This document shows positions 8,671 through 17,225 of a stretch of DNA of 64,000 nt, piece by piece. How positions within the stretch are numbered: the first letter of the stretch is position 1; the number at the start of each line of letters is the position of its first letter. The notes beneath the pieces were generated by a model, which was not told the DNA's origin, did not search any database, and worked only from the letters and a program-made list of their open reading frames with translations. The position numbers were made by a program, and so were the translations under genes. Source of the DNA: Bacteroidales bacterium UBA1711 (lineage in GTDB: Bacteria > Bacteroidota > Bacteroidia > Bacteroidales > P3). The stretch spans positions 395 to 64,394 of the forward strand of contig DCJB01000092.1 in the NCBI GenBank assembly GCA_002317325.1, given 5' to 3'.

Positions 8671-9332
8671 GGCTTTTCGGCTTTGTCGCCCCGCCGCTGC
8701 TGGGCACGGTGGTACTCGCAGAGGTCGGCTATGCCGCATTCGGCGCAGTGGGGCTTGCGGGCCTGGCACACATAGCGGCCGTGGAGTATCAGCCAGTGGT
8801 GGGCGATGGGTATTTTCTCAGGCGGAATGTGCCGGATGAGTTCACGCTCGGTCTGGAGGGGCGACTTGCTATTGCGGGTGAGGCCGATGCGGTTGGCCAC
8901 CCTGAAGACGTGCGTATCGACCGCCAGGGCGGGCAGGTTGAAGATGACGGACGCAATGACGTTGGCCGTCTTGCGGCCCACGCCGGGCAGGGTTTGCAGC
9001 TCGTCGATGTCGCTCGGCACCTCGCCGTCGAAGTCGGCCACCAGCTTCTGCGCCATGCCCACAAGGTGGCGGCTCTTGTTGTTGGGATAGGAGATGGAGT
9101 GGATGAGTTCCAGCACCTCTTCGGGGGTGGCCTGCGCCAGCTCGCAGGGGGTGGGATAGGCCGCAAAGAGGGCGGGAGTGGTGAGGTTCACACGCTTGTC
9201 GGTACACTGGGCCGAGAGTATCACCGCCACAAGGAGCTGGTAGGGGTCCTCATACACCAGCTCCGACTGAGCCGTGGGCCTCGCCTCCTCGAAGTAGGCT
9301 ATCATCCGCTCAAAACGCTCCTTCTTGGTCAT
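8664..9332 (-). CDS. nth: endonuclease III
   Basis: Contains LVAVILSAQCTDKRVN, HhH-GPD LPGVGRKTANV, and the C-terminal 4Fe-4S cluster CQARKPHCAECGIADLC. Confidence 0.95.
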   Translation of the reverse strand: MTKKERFERMIAYFEEARPTAQSELVYEDPYQLLVAVILSAQCTDKRVNLTTPALFAAYPTPCELAQATPEEVLELIHSISYPNNKSRHLVGMAQKLVADFDGEVPSDIDELQTLPGVGRKTANVIASVIFNLPALAVDTHVFRVANRIGLTRNSKSPLQTERELIRHIPPEKIPIAHHWLILHGRYVCQARKPHCAECGIADLCEYHRAQQRRGDKAEKPC

Positions 9333-10402
9333 GGCTGGTTCGGAAATTGAAACTGCGCCACGATGGGGTAGTGGTCGGAGATATTGGTCTTGACGCGCTT
9401 GTAGGAGAGGGCTTCCAGTTCGGGACTGTGGAAGATGAAGTCGATGCGGAAGGCGGGGAAGGGGCCGTGATAGGTGGTGCCGAAGCCTCGGCCCTGCTCT
9501 ACGTATGGGTCGTTGAGGTGGTGGGTTATCTGCTGGTAGATATAGGAGGCGGGGGTGTCGTTGAAGTCGCCCGCCACAATGATGGGCACCTTGGTTTTTT
9601 CGATGAGGGGGAGCAGCTCGTCGTTCCATTCCGCCTGGTGGCGGCGGGTGGTCTCCACAAACTTATCCACCAGCTTGTGGGTGCTGCTGTCGGGGTGGAG
9701 CCCCGTGAGGTTGTCGAGGCTGGCTTTGTCGGCCTCGCCCAACTGGTAGGAGTCGAGGTGCACGCAGCACACCCTGAACTTGTGCCCGTTCTTCACAATG
9801 TCGGCATAGAACTTCGACTTGTGGTCCATGTCGTGGCCCTGCACTATGCGGCAGCGGGAGAAGAGCAGCGATGCCGCCTTGGGGTTGTCGCCATGCACGC
9901 CATAGTAGTGGCGGTAGCCGCGGGCCTTGAGGCTGTCTATCAGGTTGACCTGCTCGTTGCAGGGGGCAAAGCACTCTTGGATGCACAGCACGTCGGGCTC
10001 TTCCTCGTCCAGTATCGACAGGAAAAGCACCGCGCCCGAGTCCTTGGTCATCAGCGTGTCGCTGTCGAGACCGGCGAAGTTGTGGCTGTTGAAAGTCATC
10101 ACCTTCACGTTGTCGGCGGCGGCCGGAGCCTCCAGCGTCCCCCCCACTTGGAAGAACAGCGGCAGGAACGAGAACCGAACCACAATGGCCGTGGCCGACA
10201 GCAGAAACTCCCACCGCGAAAGGAAGAGCCATACGAGGATGAACACAACGTTGATGAGAACGAGCAGAAAATAGCCGTAGCTCAAGATGGACACCGCGGC
10301 CATTTGGTCGGGCGGTATGCGTCCCGCCAAGGTTGACACAATCAGTGCCAGCGCAAACAAGGCATTAATAACGAGTAATATATAGCGGAATACCTTTATC
10401 AT
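9329..10402 (-). CDS. endonuclease/exonuclease/phosphatase (EEP) family membrane protein
   Basis: N-terminal TM helices followed by an EEP core ending in ISDHYPIVAQF. ATG at 10402 lies behind a -7 box. Confidence 0.8.
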   Translation of the reverse strand: MIKVFRYILLVINALFALALIVSTLAGRIPPDQMAAVSILSYGYFLLVLINVVFILVWLFLSRWEFLLSATAIVVRFSFLPLFFQVGGTLEAPAAADNVKVMTFNSHNFAGLDSDTLMTKDSGAVLFLSILDEEEPDVLCIQECFAPCNEQVNLIDSLKARGYRHYYGVHGDNPKAASLLFSRCRIVQGHDMDHKSKFYADIVKNGHKFRVCCVHLDSYQLGEADKASLDNLTGLHPDSSTHKLVDKFVETTRRHQAEWNDELLPLIEKTKVPIIVAGDFNDTPASYIYQQITHHLNDPYVEQGRGFGTTYHGPFPAFRIDFIFHSPELEALSYKRVKTNISDHYPIVAQFQFPNQP

Positions 10403-10424
10403 GAGAGGAGGCAGTTTAGGGTTG

Positions 10425-10432
10425 CAAAGATA
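10425..10432 (-). promoter_or_regulatory. -7 box (TATCTTTG on the minus strand) for the EEP gene
   Basis: Part of an 18-nt perfect inverted repeat with the aroE promoter. Confidence 0.55.
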
Positions 10433-10472
10433 CGAAAAAAAAACCACTTCTCGCCAAACCATTATTTTTTCG

Positions 10473-10480
10473 TATCTTTG
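10473..10480 (+). promoter_or_regulatory. -7 box TATCTTTG for aroE
   Basis: Ends 4 nt before the aroE ATG, which implies a leaderless or near-leaderless mRNA. Confidence 0.5.
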
Positions 10481-10484
10481 CAGC

Positions 10485-11237
10485 ATGAAACGGTACGGAC
10501 TGATTGGGGCGAGGCTTGGCCACTCGTTTTCGCAGCGGTGGTTCGAGGCTATGTTTGCCCGCGAGGGCGTGGGGGATTCGGTCTATGGGCTTTATGAACT
10601 CGATTCGCTTGCGGGCTTCCGCCATTGGGTGGAGTCCGTGGGGCTGGCGGGCTTCAATGTCACCCTGCCCTACAAGGTGGCGGTGATGGAGTTCCTCGAC
10701 GTGCTCACCCCCGAGGCCGAAGCCGTGGGAGCCGTCAACTGCGTGGCCGTCCGCAACGGGCGGCTGATAGGACACAACACCGACGCTCCTGCCTTCCGCG
10801 CTTCGCTCTTGCCGCTTCTCAAGCCGTGGCACAGGCAGTCGCCGGCCTTGGTTTTGGGCACCGGCGGCGCCGCCAAAGCGGTGGCCGCCGCCCTCCGCAG
10901 CCTCGACATTGAGCCGGCGCTCGTCTCCCGCAGCCCCGCCGCCGGCCAAATCACCTACGCCGAAGCCGCCCGCCGAGCCGCCTCGGCGTTCCTCATCGTC
11001 AACGCCACGCCCGCGGGCATGACTCCCCGCGCCGACAGCACCCCGTGGCCGTATCTCGACAACCTATCCCCCAAGCACCTCTGCTTCGACTTGGTGTATA
11101 ATCCCCCAACCACCCGCTTCTTGTCCGAAGCCGCCGCCCGCGGGGCCGCAACCGCCAACGGGCTTGAAATGCTCCACCGACAGGCTCAGCTATCGTGGGA
11201 CTATTGGACCGCCGCCCCCTCCCCTGCCGACAGTTAA
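10485..11237 (+). CDS. aroE: shikimate dehydrogenase
   Basis: Contains MKRYGLIGARLGHSFSQ, NVTLPYK and LVLGTGGAAKAV. Confidence 0.9.
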   Translation: MKRYGLIGARLGHSFSQRWFEAMFAREGVGDSVYGLYELDSLAGFRHWVESVGLAGFNVTLPYKVAVMEFLDVLTPEAEAVGAVNCVAVRNGRLIGHNTDAPAFRASLLPLLKPWHRQSPALVLGTGGAAKAVAAALRSLDIEPALVSRSPAAGQITYAEAARRAASAFLIVNATPAGMTPRADSTPWPYLDNLSPKHLCFDLVYNPPTTRFLSEAAARGAATANGLEMLHRQAQLSWDYWTAAPSPADS

Positions 11238-11277
11238 CGTTACGAATAATCTACCCCCAAATAGAGAAACCAACATC

Positions 11278-12372
11278 ATGTCCGACACCGACTTCCGTCA
11301 AATCCTGAAAGCACTCACAGCCAACGATCTCTTCGCCAAAATCGCCCCGATAGTCTTTCCGGGGCAGACGCTTGAGCAGACCCGCCGCCAGGTGGAGTCC
11401 ATACCCGACACCCGCACCTTCCTGCACCAGGTGATGGATCCCGCCTGCCGTAGGGTCATCGGCCGCACCATGACCACCTACACCTGCGGCGGCTTGGAGT
11501 ATATCGACGACGGGCGGCCCTGCCTCTTCGTCTCCAACCACCGCGACATAGTGCTTGACGCCATGCTCCTGCAGTGTGTCCTGATGAGTGAGGGACGCGA
11601 AGCCGCCTACGAGGTGGTGGGGACCAACCTCTACGAAATGCCCCTCATGGCGCTGCTGGCCGAGCCGTGCAAGATGATTGGCGTGGAGCGGGGCGGCTCG
11701 GCGGTGGAGTACGGCCGGGCCTTGCTGCGGCTCTCCGCCACAATGCGCCGCCACATAGTCGGGGAGGGCGAGAGCGTGTGGATTGCCCAAAGCAACGGAC
11801 GCTCCAAAAACGGACAGGATGTCACCGACCCCGCCCTCATCAAGATGATAGCCTCCAGCGGCGGACGCCGCAGTCTCTCCGCCTCGCTCGAAGAGGTGCA
11901 CATCGTGCCGGTATGCGTTGCCTACGAGTGGGAGCCCTGCGGCCCGCAGAAGGCCCGCGAGGTATGCCTCCGCCGCCTCGGACCCTATCAGAAGGCGCCC
12001 GGCGAGGACACGCAGAGCATCATCAGCGGCGTGACAGATTTCAAGGGGCACGTCCATTTCCACATCTGCCAGCCCTTGGACCGCGACGACCTCGACAACT
12101 GCGGGGAAAGCCCCGAAGCGGTGGCCCGTCTGCTGGATCAACGTATCAACCGCAATCGCCGCCTCTATGCCAACAACCGCATTGCAAGCTGCCTGCGTCA
12201 TGGTTTTGAGCAATTTGAAGAGGCAGAAGCAGTCGAAGCATTCAACCGCTATCTCGACGAGGCCGAGGCCCGCTACCCCAATATCCCGGGCTTCCGCTCG
12301 GCACTCATCGACATCTATGCCAACCCGGCGGACGCCACCGCCGCCTCAAAAAATTCAGACCCAATGCAATAA
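11278..12372 (+). CDS. phospholipid/glycerol acyltransferase family protein
   Basis: HX4D motif in FVSNHRDIVLDAM. 364 aa from the internal ATG. Confidence 0.75.
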   Translation: MSDTDFRQILKALTANDLFAKIAPIVFPGQTLEQTRRQVESIPDTRTFLHQVMDPACRRVIGRTMTTYTCGGLEYIDDGRPCLFVSNHRDIVLDAMLLQCVLMSEGREAAYEVVGTNLYEMPLMALLAEPCKMIGVERGGSAVEYGRALLRLSATMRRHIVGEGESVWIAQSNGRSKNGQDVTDPALIKMIASSGGRRSLSASLEEVHIVPVCVAYEWEPCGPQKAREVCLRRLGPYQKAPGEDTQSIISGVTDFKGHVHFHICQPLDRDDLDNCGESPEAVARLLDQRINRNRRLYANNRIASCLRHGFEQFEEAEAVEAFNRYLDEAEARYPNIPGFRSALIDIYANPADATAASKNSDPMQ

Positions 12373-12417
12373 TCATCTTCCCCCATCGTTAGGGTTGCCG
12401 AGATATTATCACCCCTG

Positions 12418-12471
12418 CCGCAGAGAGACAGCCCCCCCCCGTGAGGAAGAACCCGCAGAGAGACAGCCCCC
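12418..12471 (+). repeat. 19-nt direct repeat CCGCAGAGAGACAGCCCCC, two copies with 16-nt spacing; copy 1 runs into a C9 tract
   Basis: Copies at 12418-12436 and 12453-12471. C-run at 12432-12440. Confidence 0.9.
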
Positions 12472-12492
12472 GGGCCAGCGGTGCCGCCCCCC

Positions 12493-12541
12493 GCAAACTG
12501 CCAATAGCCAATTCGCAATCAGCAAATTCACAATTCATTAC
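12493..12541 (+). repeat. degenerate heptamer array (about 7 units, GCAAnnn to TCACAAT)
   Basis: Units: gcaaact gccaata gccaatt cgcaatc agcaaat tcacaat tcattac. Ends 21 nt before the prfA ATG. Confidence 0.6.
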
Positions 12542-12562
12542 ATATATACCCTATAGACTACA

Positions 12563-13633
12563 ATGCTTGACAAACTCGAAGCCATCTACTCCCGCTATCA
12601 GGAGATTGAGCAGCAGATGAACGACCCCCAAGTCACTGCCGACATGAAGCGCTATGTGAAACTGAGCAAAGACTATAAAGACCTGCAGCCGGTGGTGAAG
12701 GCCTACCACGAATACAAGTCGGTCATAGACACCATTGCCGAGTGCCGCGACCTGCTTGCCTCCGAGAAGGACGACGAATTGCGCGAAATGGCCAAGGCCG
12801 AACTGCAAGAATGCACCGAGCGGCGCGACCAGATGGAGGAAGACATCCGCATTATGCTCATTCCCGCCGACCCCACCGACAGCAAGAATGCGGTGGTCGA
12901 GATACGCGGCGGCACCGGCGGCGACGAGGCCTGCATCTTTGCGGGCGACCTCTTCCGAATGTACAGCCGCTACTGCGAGAAGAAGCACTGGAAGATTGAC
13001 ATTGTCGATTTCAACGAAGGCACCGCAGGCGGCTACAAGGACATCACCTTCAACGTCACGGGCGAGAAGGTGTACGGGATGCTCAAATACGAGAGCGGCG
13101 TGCACCGCGTCCAGCGCGTCCCTGCCACCGAGACCCAGGGGCGCGTCCACACCTCGGCTGCCGGCGTGGTGGTGCTGCCCGAGGCCGAGGAGTTTGACGT
13201 GGAACTGAACATGGCCGATGTGCGCAAAGACACCTTCTGCGCCTCCGGCCCGGGAGGCCAGTGCGTCAACACCACCTACTCGGCCGTCCGCCTCACCCAC
13301 ATTCCCACGGGCATTGTGGTGAGCTGCCAGGACCAGAAGTCGCAAATCAAGAACCTGGAGAAAGCCCTTGTGGTGCTGCGCACCCGCCTCTATGAGCGGG
13401 AGTATAACAAGTATATGGAGGAGATGTCGAGCAAACGCAAGACCATGGTGGCCACGGGCGACCGCAGCGAGAAGGTGCGCACCTACAATTATCCCCAAAG
13501 CCGCGTCACCGACCACCGCATAGGCTACACCATGTACAACCTTGCCGCCTTTATGGACGGCGACATCGAGGCGCTCATCGACGCGCTCCAGCTGGCCGAG
13601 AACGCCGAGAAGCTCAAAGAGTCGGTCGGCTGA
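12563..13633 (+). CDS. prfA: peptide chain release factor 1
   Basis: PAT tripeptide (RVPATETQGRVHTS) and GGQ motif (SGPGGQCVNTT). Confidence 0.97.
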   Translation: MLDKLEAIYSRYQEIEQQMNDPQVTADMKRYVKLSKDYKDLQPVVKAYHEYKSVIDTIAECRDLLASEKDDELREMAKAELQECTERRDQMEEDIRIMLIPADPTDSKNAVVEIRGGTGGDEACIFAGDLFRMYSRYCEKKHWKIDIVDFNEGTAGGYKDITFNVTGEKVYGMLKYESGVHRVQRVPATETQGRVHTSAAGVVVLPEAEEFDVELNMADVRKDTFCASGPGGQCVNTTYSAVRLTHIPTGIVVSCQDQKSQIKNLEKALVVLRTRLYEREYNKYMEEMSSKRKTMVATGDRSEKVRTYNYPQSRVTDHRIGYTMYNLAAFMDGDIEALIDALQLAENAEKLKESVG

Positions 13634-14734
13634 CTACTGGCGGACGATGGTTTGCCGCAACACGCCGCCGGCACTCTCTATGCGGGCATTATAGCAGCCT
13701 GGCGCCAAGGAGCCGAGGTCGATAGTGCCCCCGCCGCGGTGCTGCAGCACCACCCGCCCCAGCAGGTCGGTGAAGGTGATGTGTTCCACTCCGCTGCCCG
13801 TGCAGTGCAGCCAGCGGACGGTGGGGTTGGGAAAGAGCCGGACCTCGCCACCCTCGGGGTCGGCCACCGCCGAGTCAAGCCAGACGCCGAGGTCGATATA
13901 CATCAGCTTGGACGGCACCTGAATGCCGTATTTCGAGAAAGCCTCGTTGCTGAGGTAGTAGCGGCGGCCGTCGTTGGAGGCAATGCCCTCTACCTGCGTA
14001 CCCATGCCGCAGCCGAGAGTCATCTTCGCCCCGTGTCCGCCGAAGAACTGCCTTCCCTCGAATCCGTAGAGCATATAGAGGAACGGCTGGCATAGCTTGC
14101 TGTAGCCGCAGAGGACCAGCGTGCTTGCGGCGGAGTCGTAGCACGCCCCCGTGGCCAGCCCCTCGATATTCAGCGTGTCCGCCGCCCGCGCCTCGTAGGT
14201 GCCGGGCTGCTTGGGCAGGGCGTAGCACACGGTCCGCTGCGAGAGCCACTGCTTGCTGAAGAGGTAGAGGCTGTCGCCGGCGGCCACAAAGGCTTCGCAG
14301 TCGTAGTCGGTGGCGTTGGTGCCGCCGTCGGTCTGCCCCGGGTAGGCAAAAGCGATGGTGTCGAAGCGGATGTCCCCGCCGAGAAGCCGCTCCTTGCCAA
14401 GGCGCAGAATGCGCAGGTCGTGGCGGTTGCCGTAGGCGTTGTTGCCGAAGTCGCCGAAGTAGAGGTGCTGCCCGTCTTGTGCCACCTCCTCCATGTCGGT
14501 GATGGAAACGCCGGTGGCGATACTCCGCACCACGGCGCCCGTGGCGGTGTCGAGGCCGTAGAGCGTGAGGCCGTAGTGGTCGTTGCAGCTCCACAGCAGT
14601 CCATCCCAAAAGAACAGGGACGAGGTGCTGCTGAGCGAGTCGGGCATGAGGGCCACGGTGACGGGTGTGTTCTGCTGCTGGGCGGCGGCCGTCAGCCCCG
14701 AGAGGAGCAGCAGGAGGACGATGGACTGTTTCAT
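13634..14734 (-). CDS. T9SS C-terminal-domain secreted protein
   Basis: Signal peptide MKQSIVLLLLLSGLTAAAQQ. C-terminal VRLFPNPT...ARIESAGGVLRQTIVRQ sorting domain. Confidence 0.75.
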   Translation of the reverse strand: MKQSIVLLLLLSGLTAAAQQQNTPVTVALMPDSLSSTSSLFFWDGLLWSCNDHYGLTLYGLDTATGAVVRSIATGVSITDMEEVAQDGQHLYFGDFGNNAYGNRHDLRILRLGKERLLGGDIRFDTIAFAYPGQTDGGTNATDYDCEAFVAAGDSLYLFSKQWLSQRTVCYALPKQPGTYEARAADTLNIEGLATGACYDSAASTLVLCGYSKLCQPFLYMLYGFEGRQFFGGHGAKMTLGCGMGTQVEGIASNDGRRYYLSNEAFSKYGIQVPSKLMYIDLGVWLDSAVADPEGGEVRLFPNPTVRWLHCTGSGVEHITFTDLLGRVVLQHRGGGTIDLGSLAPGCYNARIESAGGVLRQTIVRQ

Positions 14735-14740
14735 TTTTTT

Positions 14741-14761
14741 GTGAAGTGTGAAGTGTGGACG
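14741..14761 (+). repeat. heptamer array GTGAAGT GTGAAGT GTGGACG
   Basis: Separated by only an A/T7 run from the start codon of the minus-strand T9SS gene (14734). Confidence 0.7.
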
Positions 14762-14793
14762 GCTTTGGTTCTTTGGAAGGGGGCGGGAAATGT

Positions 14794-14857
14794 AGAAGCC
14801 CGCAACGGCGTGCGGGCTTCTGATGGCGGTAGCGCCGCCCCGCCTCTGCGGGGCGGC
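14794..14857 (-). terminator. two tandem GC-rich hairpins downstream of the EF-G paralog
   Basis: AGAAGCCCGCA-N6-TGCGGGCTTCT and GCCGCCCCGC-CTCT-GCGGGGCGGC. The T-run is weak. Confidence 0.45.
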
Positions 14858-14870
14858 CGATGGGTGTCGG

Positions 14871-17003
14871 CTAGTCTTCGTCCTTCGACTCTTCCTCGTA
14901 GGCCTTGAGCAGCGCCTGCTGCACATCGGCCGGCACCTGCTGGTACTCGGCGTAGGTCATCGAGAAAGTGCCGCGGCCGCTGGTGAGCGAGCTCAGGGCG
15001 GTGCAGTAGCGGTTCATTTCGGCCAGCGGGGCGCGAGCCTTGAGGGTGGTGTATTTGCCCTCGGCCTCCATGCCCATGACGATGGCGCGGCGGCCCTGCA
15101 GGTCGGTCATCACGCCGCCCATGCTCTCGGTGGGCACGGCGACGGCGATGTCGTAGATGGGCTCCATAATCTTGGGGTTGGCGTTCTTGAAGGCCTCGCG
15201 GAAGGCGGTGCGGCCGGCAATCTTGAAGGCCGTTTCGTTGGAATCGACGGGGTGCATCTTGCCGTCGAAGATGTTGACGACGATGTCGCGGGCGTAGGAA
15301 CCCGTCAGCGGGCCCTGCTCCATCTTCTCCATGATGCCCTTGAGGATGGCGGGCATGAAGCGCGCGTCGATGCTGCCGCCCACAATGCAGTTGTTGAAGT
15401 TCAGCTGGCCGCCCCAGTCCAACGGATAGACCTGCTTGTCGCGGATGGGGTACTTTGTCTGGTCGGGCATACCCTCGTAGTAGGGCTCGATGAGCATGTG
15501 CACCTCGCCGAACTGGCCGCTGCCGCCCGACTGCTTCTTGTGGCGGTACATGGCTTCGGCGCTCTTGGTGATGGTCTCGCGGTAGGGGACGCGGGGGTCG
15601 CTGAAGTTGACCTCCAGCTTATGGACGTTGGCAAAGTACCATTTGATGGTGTTGAGGTGCAGCTCGCCCTGGCAGCCGAGGATAATCTGACGCAACTCGC
15701 GGCTGTTGGTGAGGGTCATGGAGCGGTCCATGGAGCACATCTCGTTCAGGATGGAGCCCACCTTCTCGTCGTCGTTGCTGTTGGCAGCCTTCACCGCCAC
15801 GGTGTGGATAGGCACGGGGAAGGTGATTTCCTCCACCTGGTCGTCGGTGTTCTTGGGGGTGGTGAGGGTGTGGTTGATTTTCACGTCCTTCAGTTTGATG
15901 GTGCAGACGATGTCGCCGGCGCAGGCCTTCTCGACGCGCTGGCGGTTCTTGCCGGCGCAGACCAAAATCTGGCTGAGGCGCTCTTTGGACTGGTTGACGC
16001 TGTTGATCACGTCCTGGGCTTCGGACAGCTCGCCATCGTAGAGGCGGAGGTAGGTGATTTCGCCCACGCTCTTGTCCTTGTCGGTCTTGAATGCGAATGC
16101 CACGGCGGGGTTGGCGGCGCTGTTCTGCAGATCCTTGCCGGCCTGGGTCTTCTTGGGGAAGGCGGTCTCGCAGGGGGCGGCCACGTTGTCGTTGACAAAC
16201 TCCATCAGGCGTGCGACGCCCATGTTCTCCTTGGCGCTGGTGCACATGATGGGATAGAGGTCGCGCTTGGCGATGGCCAGCTTCAGGGCCTTGGTGAGGT
16301 CCTCGTGGCTCAGGTCGCCGTCCTCAAAGTATTTCTCCATCAAGGCGTCGTCGGCAGCAGCGGCCTCTTCCACCAAGGCCATGCGCATCTCCTCGGCCTT
16401 GTCGGCAAACTCGGCGGGCACATCGCTCATCTCGCACTTGTCGCCATTGAAGGTAAGCTCCTTATTGAGCACAATGTCGATGACCTTGTTGAAGCCCAGC
16501 CCCTGGTTGACGGGGAACTGCAGCACGGTGCACTTGCCGCCGAAGTAGTCCTTCAGCTGGTTCACGCTCTCGTCGAAGTTGGCTTTTTCGGCGTCGAGGT
16601 GGTTGACGGCAAAAATCATGGGGGTGTTGAGCTTGTTGCTGTAGCGATAGGCTATCTCGGTGCCCACCTCTATGCCGCTCTGGGCGTTGACAACGACAAC
16701 GGCGGCCTCCACCACATTGAAGGCTGCGCACACCTCGCCTTGGAAGTCGGCGAAGCCCGGCACGTCGAGGATATTGATTTTCTTGCCTCCAAACTCGCTG
16801 TAGAGCAGTGAGGTGTTCACGGAGTTGCGGCGGTCGGTCTCAATGTCGCGGTAGTCGGAGATGGTGTTTTTGTCCTCTACGGAACCGCGGCGGTTGATGA
16901 CGCCGCCATTGAAGGCCATGGCCTCGGCCATGGTGGTCTTGCCCGACTTGGCACCGCCGACGAGGGCGATGTTGCGGATGTCGTTTGTCTGGTAAACTTT
17001 CAT
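14871..17003 (-). CDS. elongation factor G family GTPase (EF-G paralog)
   Basis: G1 motif GGAKSGKTT and DVPGFADF. 710 aa with full EF-G domain order. Not located in a str operon context. Confidence 0.93.
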   Translation of the reverse strand: MKVYQTNDIRNIALVGGAKSGKTTMAEAMAFNGGVINRRGSVEDKNTISDYRDIETDRRNSVNTSLLYSEFGGKKINILDVPGFADFQGEVCAAFNVVEAAVVVVNAQSGIEVGTEIAYRYSNKLNTPMIFAVNHLDAEKANFDESVNQLKDYFGGKCTVLQFPVNQGLGFNKVIDIVLNKELTFNGDKCEMSDVPAEFADKAEEMRMALVEEAAAADDALMEKYFEDGDLSHEDLTKALKLAIAKRDLYPIMCTSAKENMGVARLMEFVNDNVAAPCETAFPKKTQAGKDLQNSAANPAVAFAFKTDKDKSVGEITYLRLYDGELSEAQDVINSVNQSKERLSQILVCAGKNRQRVEKACAGDIVCTIKLKDVKINHTLTTPKNTDDQVEEITFPVPIHTVAVKAANSNDDEKVGSILNEMCSMDRSMTLTNSRELRQIILGCQGELHLNTIKWYFANVHKLEVNFSDPRVPYRETITKSAEAMYRHKKQSGGSGQFGEVHMLIEPYYEGMPDQTKYPIRDKQVYPLDWGGQLNFNNCIVGGSIDARFMPAILKGIMEKMEQGPLTGSYARDIVVNIFDGKMHPVDSNETAFKIAGRTAFREAFKNANPKIMEPIYDIAVAVPTESMGGVMTDLQGRRAIVMGMEAEGKYTTLKARAPLAEMNRYCTALSSLTSGRGTFSMTYAEYQQVPADVQQALLKAYEEESKDED

Positions 17004-17161
17004 TTCTTTATGTTGTTATTTATTTTTGTTTTTGCTTTTCCTGTCCGCCGCAGCGCTGCGGATTGAGCCCTCGCCCTGTTTCCCTCCGCTCTTCCTCAAC
17101 CCTTTAGTATTAGCACCTTGCGGCCGGGAGCAGTTGCCTCCGACCCCAATTTGCTGATTGG

Positions 17162-17169
17162 CAAAGATA
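17162..17169 (-). promoter_or_regulatory. -7 box (TATCTTTG on the minus strand) for the EF-G paralog
   Basis: About 155 nt upstream of the ATG at 17003. Confidence 0.5.
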
Positions 17170-17201
17170 CGAATATTTTCCGATATATTGCGAAAAAGGT
17201 G

Positions 17202-17209
17202 TACTTTTG
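17202..17209 (+). promoter_or_regulatory. -7 box TACTTTTG for the flippase gene
   Basis: 16 nt upstream of the ATG at 17226. Confidence 0.55.
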
Positions 17210-17225
17210 CAAAAAAATACCACTC

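Noticed and set aside
14823-16811. 662-aa plus-strand ORF
   Set aside because: It is antisense to the EF-G paralog and has low-complexity G/A/V/H/L composition.
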